Of a DNA stretch of 11,526 bases, positions 7,157 through 11,526 are shown piece after piece. Made by a program: the position numbers and the translations under genes. Within the stretch, counting starts at the first letter, position 1; every line of letters starts with the position of its first letter. This DNA is from Candidatus Thorarchaeota archaeon (lineage in GTDB: Archaea > Asgardarchaeota > Thorarchaeia > Thorarchaeales > Thorarchaeaceae), in the NCBI GenBank assembly GCA_048882385.1, contig JBHLRQ010000093.1, positions 1 through 11,526 on the forward strand, read 5' to 3'. The notes under the pieces were generated by a model. It made no database searches and was not told where the DNA came from. It saw only the letters and a list, made by a program, of their open reading frames with translations.

Positions 7157-8284
7157 TTACAGTTTAAGTAACTTTGTGCCATCTCCTGAAAAAGAAGGGT
7201 TGCCCTCTAAATACTTCACTATTTCTGCTAATGAAGGATGACTTGCTGAAGAGGATGAAATATAGAGAGCAGCTACTGCATTTGCAAGTATGAGTCTATC
7301 TTCTGGAAATAACTCAAGAAGCGTTCCATAAATATCACCGGCATTCCAAGCATCTCCAGCTCCACAAACTACTCGACTTTCAGCATCAAAAGTTGGAATT
7401 GCTGTTGTTTTATCATCAAAGATGGTCGCTGTGAAATAGGGTGTGTGAAGGTCAACTTGGATTCCAGTTTCACGCGAAACATATTGAGCAGCCTGAAGCC
7501 AATCTGGTGGCTTCGAATGAATGTTTTCCCAGCGTTTCGAGTTACTTGAAAGTTTCATTGCGACCCAGTGAACTTCATTCTCGTTCAATCCAAACACATC
7601 TACTAAACCCTCAGCAACTACTCCGTCGATGAGTTTACCAACAAGATCAGGATTTCCTGAAGGGTCTCCCATATCCATGAAAGTTACAGCTTTGGAGGTT
7701 TCCTTTACCATTCGGAACAAATCATGTGCTAGTTCGGAACCTTTGAGATTGTGATTCAAGTTCACTAGTGCTATCAGACTACTCCCTTGTATTGTTTTTA
7801 TGTCATTATCATTGAGATCTGAAAATGAAAATTCCCTCGCAGACCCACTATCACTTATCATGAGATTGACCTTCCGTCCTTTGTATTCGGTTTCCACTGA
7901 AACTGTGGAAGACATACGACCATCAATGTGTACGTGGCTCAGGTCAAGCTTTGGATGAACAAGTGATTTCAATAGAGAGGCACCGTGTTCATCAGTAGTA
8001 ACAATCAATCTTGGTTCAAGTCCAAGCGAAAGAAGTGCGGAAGCAGTGTTAACCGCGTTTCCACCTCGACGAATGAACTGCTCATTATCAAGAAGGTTGC
8101 CTCCGCCTTGTTCTGCTAGCATCTCTAAACCATCAATCAGCTTGTCAAGTGACTCTATCATCACGAAATGGTCCACAAAGAAATCTGGTAAAATAACAGG
8201 ATATCCTAATTCCTTTGAATCATTAAGAATTGAGATGAGTCGAGTGTAATCCAACTCGCTCAACCTCACAAATAACCGTTGCAA
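7157..8284 (-). CDS. PfkB/ribokinase-family carbohydrate kinase
   Basis: N-terminal signature RRGGNAVNTASAL, LNENE motif, and C-terminal anion-hole motif VCGAGDAWNAG. Confidence 0.9.
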   Translation of the reverse strand: MQRLFVRLSELDYTRLISILNDSKELGYPVILPDFFVDHFVMIESLDKLIDGLEMLAEQGGGNLLDNEQFIRRGGNAVNTASALLSLGLEPRLIVTTDEHGASLLKSLVHPKLDLSHVHIDGRMSSTVSVETEYKGRKVNLMISDSGSAREFSFSDLNDNDIKTIQGSSLIALVNLNHNLKGSELAHDLFRMVKETSKAVTFMDMGDPSGNPDLVGKLIDGVVAEGLVDVFGLNENEVHWVAMKLSSNSKRWENIHSKPPDWLQAAQYVSRETGIQVDLHTPYFTATIFDDKTTAIPTFDAESRVVCGAGDAWNAGDIYGTLLELFPEDRLILANAVAALYISSSSASHPSLAEIVKYLEGNPSFSGDGTKLLKL

Positions 8285-8286
8285 CT

Positions 8287-8733
8287 CTATACTTTCTTTA
8301 GAGCTGCCTTTGCCATAGTTGTGATGCGATTTTCATCGATTCCAGTTTTCTTCGCAACCTTTGCAATATCGCAATAAGCGAGATCAGAAATCGAATGAAT
8401 CCCAGATTTTACAAGGAGTTTGGCTTCTGTGACCTTTACAGACTTTAAAGAAGATAGTTCTTTGATCGCATCGTCAGTACTTTTGACAGGCTCTGCGTCT
8501 TCTGCTAGTTTTGCTACTAGTTTCTCAAGGTCACTCATGTATTGCTTCAATGCCTCAACATTTTCAGGATGTGTTGTTTTCCGTCGTAAATCAACTAACA
8601 GACCCATACGCCGAGCGTCTTCTACAGTAAGACCAATCTGTTTGGTTTCTTCGATACTAAAACCACGCCCTCTTTTCGGGCGACCGTCCCTTGGGGATTT
8701 TACCATAGGCTCTGCAATAATGTCGAAACTCAT
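8287..8733 (-). CDS. rpl13e: 50S ribosomal protein L13e (eL13) with C-terminal helix-hairpin-helix domain
   Basis: 'RGRGFSIEE..IGLT...ARRMGLLVDLRRKT.HPENVEALK' is the L13e core. The C-terminal 'LSSLKSVKVTEAKLLVKSGIHSISDLAYCDIAKVAKKTGI' is HhH-like. Confidence 0.9.
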   Translation of the reverse strand: MSFDIIAEPMVKSPRDGRPKRGRGFSIEETKQIGLTVEDARRMGLLVDLRRKTTHPENVEALKQYMSDLEKLVAKLAEDAEPVKSTDDAIKELSSLKSVKVTEAKLLVKSGIHSISDLAYCDIAKVAKKTGIDENRITTMAKAALKKV

Positions 8734-8773
8734 CTTTTATACACCTGACTCAGGTTCGTGCCTTTGGTCCGCT

Positions 8774-8793
8774 TATTAGGCTTTCGAGATGGC
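8774..8793. repeat. 20-bp direct repeat copy 1 (TATTAGGCTTTCGAGATGGC), overlapping the probable rpl13e promoter
   Basis: Exact match to 9417-9436. The minus strand reads GAAAGCCTAATAAG (BRE+TATA-like) about 40 nt upstream of the rpl13e ATG. Confidence 0.85.
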
Positions 8794-8858
8794 AGTTGTT
8801 TGCACGTTACACAGGAGTAGCTTGCGTTATACTAATCACATAATTAGGATGCTACTAT

Positions 8859-9329
8859 TCAATAGTAAACTATTGTCACCCCTGTCAATCCCCATCCGAT
8901 AATTACTACTACTAGCCATATCAACAAAACCAAACCTGGGTTAGTCAGTGACTTGAGGAGTTCCGAGGATTCTGGTGATTGAAGATCAAGATACATCAAT
9001 AAGGCAGGAGGACCAAAGAAGAAAAAGTACCAAAGCGAACTGTAAAGTACGCTTCCTAGAGGAATCCCAACAATGCAGATCAAGGCATCAATGACCAGAA
9101 GAAACGTGTAAAGACCAAGCACAACCTTTCCTGCTTTAAGAGCACCCACATCAGACATATTTCGATTCCAAGTAACTCCGAGGAAAGCAAGGATAAGAAT
9201 GAAATGAAGCCATAGGTTGATTATCAAGTTGTTAAGGAAAAATGGTAATACACTCTGCTGAAGAAGAATCAGAGTGATAGCTTGTGAGAAAATGACCAAT
9301 ACAATCATCCACGGTTGATTCTGGTTCAA
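8859..9329 (-). CDS. Hypothetical multi-pass membrane protein
   Basis: About 5 hydrophobic segments and no recognised motif. The real start may be ATG 9308, about 26 nt downstream of a CCTAATAA box at 9334-9341. Confidence 0.7.
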   Translation of the reverse strand: MNQNQPWMIVLVIFSQAITLILLQQSVLPFFLNNLIINLWLHFILILAFLGVTWNRNMSDVGALKAGKVVLGLYTFLLVIDALICIVGIPLGSVLYSSLWYFFFFGPPALLMYLDLQSPESSELLKSLTNPGLVLLIWLVVVIIGWGLTGVTIVYY

Positions 9330-9416
9330 GTTCTTATTAGGTCTTTGACAATTGACAGTTGCTTAGCAGTTTAATTTAGGGTGCTACTTTAACAAATGGA
9401 ATATGCTTTAGTGTTC

Positions 9417-9436
9417 TATTAGGCTTTCGAGATGGC
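9417..9436. repeat. 20-bp direct repeat copy 2
   Basis: Exact match to 8774-8793. Confidence 0.85.
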
Positions 9437-9449
9437 GAAGAGATATTCT

Positions 9450-10247
9450 TCACTCGATATCAATTCCGAAAACAGACTCAACTAATTCAGCAAAACGAGC
9501 AACAAAACGAGCAGCAGGACCACCATCAACTACATCATGGTTCAAGAAGGCAGTGACACAAAGGTATTCTCGTATCTCTATTTTTTCATCAACGACTGCT
9601 GGCTTTTTTGCAATACCTCCAAGTGCAAAAAGCACGGGAGAGATACTAATGGGGACAGCCCAGCCACTTTTTCCTTTGCCATACATTCCTACTGCAGTTA
9701 CTGTGACAGTTCCAAGGTGTTTCTTGACAAAAAAGGGGTCAGTTCTAAACTTTCGCCAAAATAGAAAGTCACGAAGAAATTTGGGTAGTGAAAAGAGTCT
9801 TCGCATCATCTTTTGATTAACAGTATCAGAAATGTCACCATCTTTTCGAGATTGGACAGTCCATATTTCATCCTGAATCTCATGCACAGTTTTTTCATTA
9901 GCTTTTCTTACAATATAAGTCTGAGCTCCTATCTCTCCATTAATCTGCCTTTCAACCATAACAGAAACATCTACATCTTTGAAAATGATCAATCGCTTCC
10001 CCTTCCTAATTGCATGGACATTCCTGTGTTCGCTGACAGCCTGCGCGATGCACTTTGTAATCCAAGCTGTAAAGGAGAACTCTTTTCCCGATCTCTTTTC
10101 GTACTCTTTGATTAGTTGACGGCCTTTTGTAACATCAACCTCTATTAGACCTGAAATGTAGTGGGAACGAAGTCCTTGTTCCATTAACTCAACTACAATT
10201 TCTCGCTCAAAGGGTCTTTCCTCATATTGGTCTATCAGGGTTATCAC
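9450..10247 (-). CDS. 2-oxoacid dehydrogenase acyltransferase (E2)-like protein, catalytic domain only
   Basis: Motifs 'IEVDVT', 'FSFTAWITKCIAQAV', 'GTVTVT', 'IAKKPAVVDEKIEIRE' and the catalytic HxxxDG motif 'NHDVVDGGPAARF'. No lipoyl or E3-binding domain. Confidence 0.9.
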   Translation of the reverse strand: MITLIDQYEERPFEREIVVELMEQGLRSHYISGLIEVDVTKGRQLIKEYEKRSGKEFSFTAWITKCIAQAVSEHRNVHAIRKGKRLIIFKDVDVSVMVERQINGEIGAQTYIVRKANEKTVHEIQDEIWTVQSRKDGDISDTVNQKMMRRLFSLPKFLRDFLFWRKFRTDPFFVKKHLGTVTVTAVGMYGKGKSGWAVPISISPVLFALGGIAKKPAVVDEKIEIREYLCVTAFLNHDVVDGGPAARFVARFAELVESVFGIDIE

Positions 10248-10288
10248 AGTCCTAAAAATCGGGATCGTACAGCCAAAGGCATCAAAAT

Positions 10289-11143
10289 TCAGGGACTAGG
10301 ATTTATTCCATTCAGAACAATTTGAAAACCAACAGCTGCCTCCCCATAATTTGCAGGATAGGTTGATTCAAGATAATTTATTGTTTCGTTACCGCTGCAG
10401 TGTACAGGGTAGACATGTTGCACGCCCATATTTATGAGTTCGTCAATTGTCCCTTCAATAGTTTCTTGGTTTTCATTTAGCAGGTGGAACCCTCCCAACA
10501 CCATGTAAATGTCGTTCACATTTAGGTCATCCATCACCTTGGAAACAATGTTATCAACGCCAGGATGACTGCATCCTACCAAGATTACCAATCCAAGATT
10601 CTCCACGTTTACAACTAGTGCTTGTTCGGAGTAATCAAATACACCGTCCAAACCTCGTCCAACTATGGATATTCCAGGTTCAACTACAATGTAATCCTCG
10701 ATTTCAATTTGGAAGAAATCCCTCGTCCAGGACCTTGTGTATCCGTAATATGGTGTGTAAAGTGTGACATTTTCTCGGGAATCTGAAACAAAGGTGAGTC
10801 CGTTTACATGATCTGGATGCTCATGGGATACTACTATGAAATCGCAATCTGATACGAGATCTATGCCTAGTTGCTCAGAATTGTTTTCCAAGGCATCCGG
10901 GTCTATTCCAGAATCAAAAAGTATAGTCCAGTCATCTGTTTCAACAAGGATACTGAGTCCCCAAGGAGAAAGCAACGTTCCATTGGGGCTGTTATCCAAC
11001 AGGATTGTTATTTTGACATAATCAACGCTACCTATTCGAGATTCTGCGAGTAATAAACTTGGGATTAGGATAACTGATACCGATATAATTGCAATAATGC
11101 TAACAACTAATCCGATTTTCATAGACTTGTTCATTGGCATCAC
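10289..11143 (-). CDS. MBL-fold metallo-hydrolase (COG1237-type) with N-terminal membrane anchor/signal
   Basis: Motifs WGLSILVE, ILFDSG, SHEHPDHVNG, GCSHPG, GGFHL and PVHCSG, plus an N-terminal hydrophobic helix. The exact start is uncertain (GTG 11143 or nearby ATGs). Confidence 0.9.
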   Translation of the reverse strand: MMPMNKSMKIGLVVSIIAIISVSVILIPSLLLAESRIGSVDYVKITILLDNSPNGTLLSPWGLSILVETDDWTILFDSGIDPDALENNSEQLGIDLVSDCDFIVVSHEHPDHVNGLTFVSDSRENVTLYTPYYGYTRSWTRDFFQIEIEDYIVVEPGISIVGRGLDGVFDYSEQALVVNVENLGLVILVGCSHPGVDNIVSKVMDDLNVNDIYMVLGGFHLLNENQETIEGTIDELINMGVQHVYPVHCSGNETINYLESTYPANYGEAAVGFQIVLNGINPSP

Positions 11144-11526
11144 ATTAGCTTTAAAGTTACAAATTGAAAGATATGGCGATTGAATAGTAACTCTTTTACT
11201 ATATAAATAGCTAGAGCTCGTTTAGGGTGGCCTATTTTGTTTTGGTAACCTTCAACATTCGATCAAGCTTCGCTTGCTGCTTTGGATCTATCTTCTTCAG
11301 AAGGGAGAGCATTTGAAAGGCGTGAAGTGGAGCATTTCCAGAAGTACAAATGCAATCATTCCACAAGTTTACAGCTCATCACAATCAGAATCACACTCAC
11401 AAAATGTGCCCACGCAGATACTCTGTTCATCGATCCTTCCCCGATATATTACTGGAAAAAAGCCAGCTTGGTATTTACTTAGACAGGAATTTGGGTATTA
11501 AGTACATAGTAGAGGTCTGCAACGGG

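Noticed and set aside
8774-9436. Direct repeat read as a CRISPR array or IS ends
   Set aside because: There are only two copies, 643 bp apart, with no cas genes, transposase or terminal inverted repeats.
364-11053. Numerous short plus-strand and alternate-frame ORFs (e.g. 371-712, 3122-3418, 5413-5724, 6641-6892, 8420-8779, 9813-10115)
   Set aside because: They overlap well-supported genes and have no recognisable motifs.
11274-11501. Two overlapping short plus-strand ORFs (75 and 66 aa)
   Set aside because: Both have TTG starts, no clear RBS and no recognisable domain. The region could be a degraded gene remnant, but I cannot support a call.

Overview
This is an archaeal window, most likely from an Asgard archaeon (Thorarchaeia-like). 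That assignment is inferred from a short archaeal-type rpl13e, Roadblock-domain proteins, Bet3/TRAPP-like V4R proteins and GGTGA/GGAGG-type ribosome-binding sites. Nearly all genes are on the minus strand. In transcription order they are: membrane-anchored MBL-fold hydrolase, stand-alone 2-oxoacid dehydrogenase E2 catalytic domain, small membrane protein flanked by a 20-bp direct repeat, rpl13e fused to an HhH domain, and a PfkB kinase. A duplicated module follows: [Roadblock/LC7 - Pro-rich linker - 2x winged helix] + [Bet3-like V4R protein] + [multi-TM membrane protein], with the second membrane paralog inverted and carrying a Zn ribbon. The window ends with a third V4R protein, a membrane-anchored tandem wHTH regulator, and a MacB/LolD-type ABC ATPase plus an FtsX-like permease that runs off the left edge. 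The duplicated module (2013-7107) is the most interesting feature. It is a candidate membrane-associated signalling or trafficking system built from folds that eukaryotes use in the TRAPP, Ragulator and GATOR1 complexes. All family assignments come from motifs recognised by eye, with no database searches.
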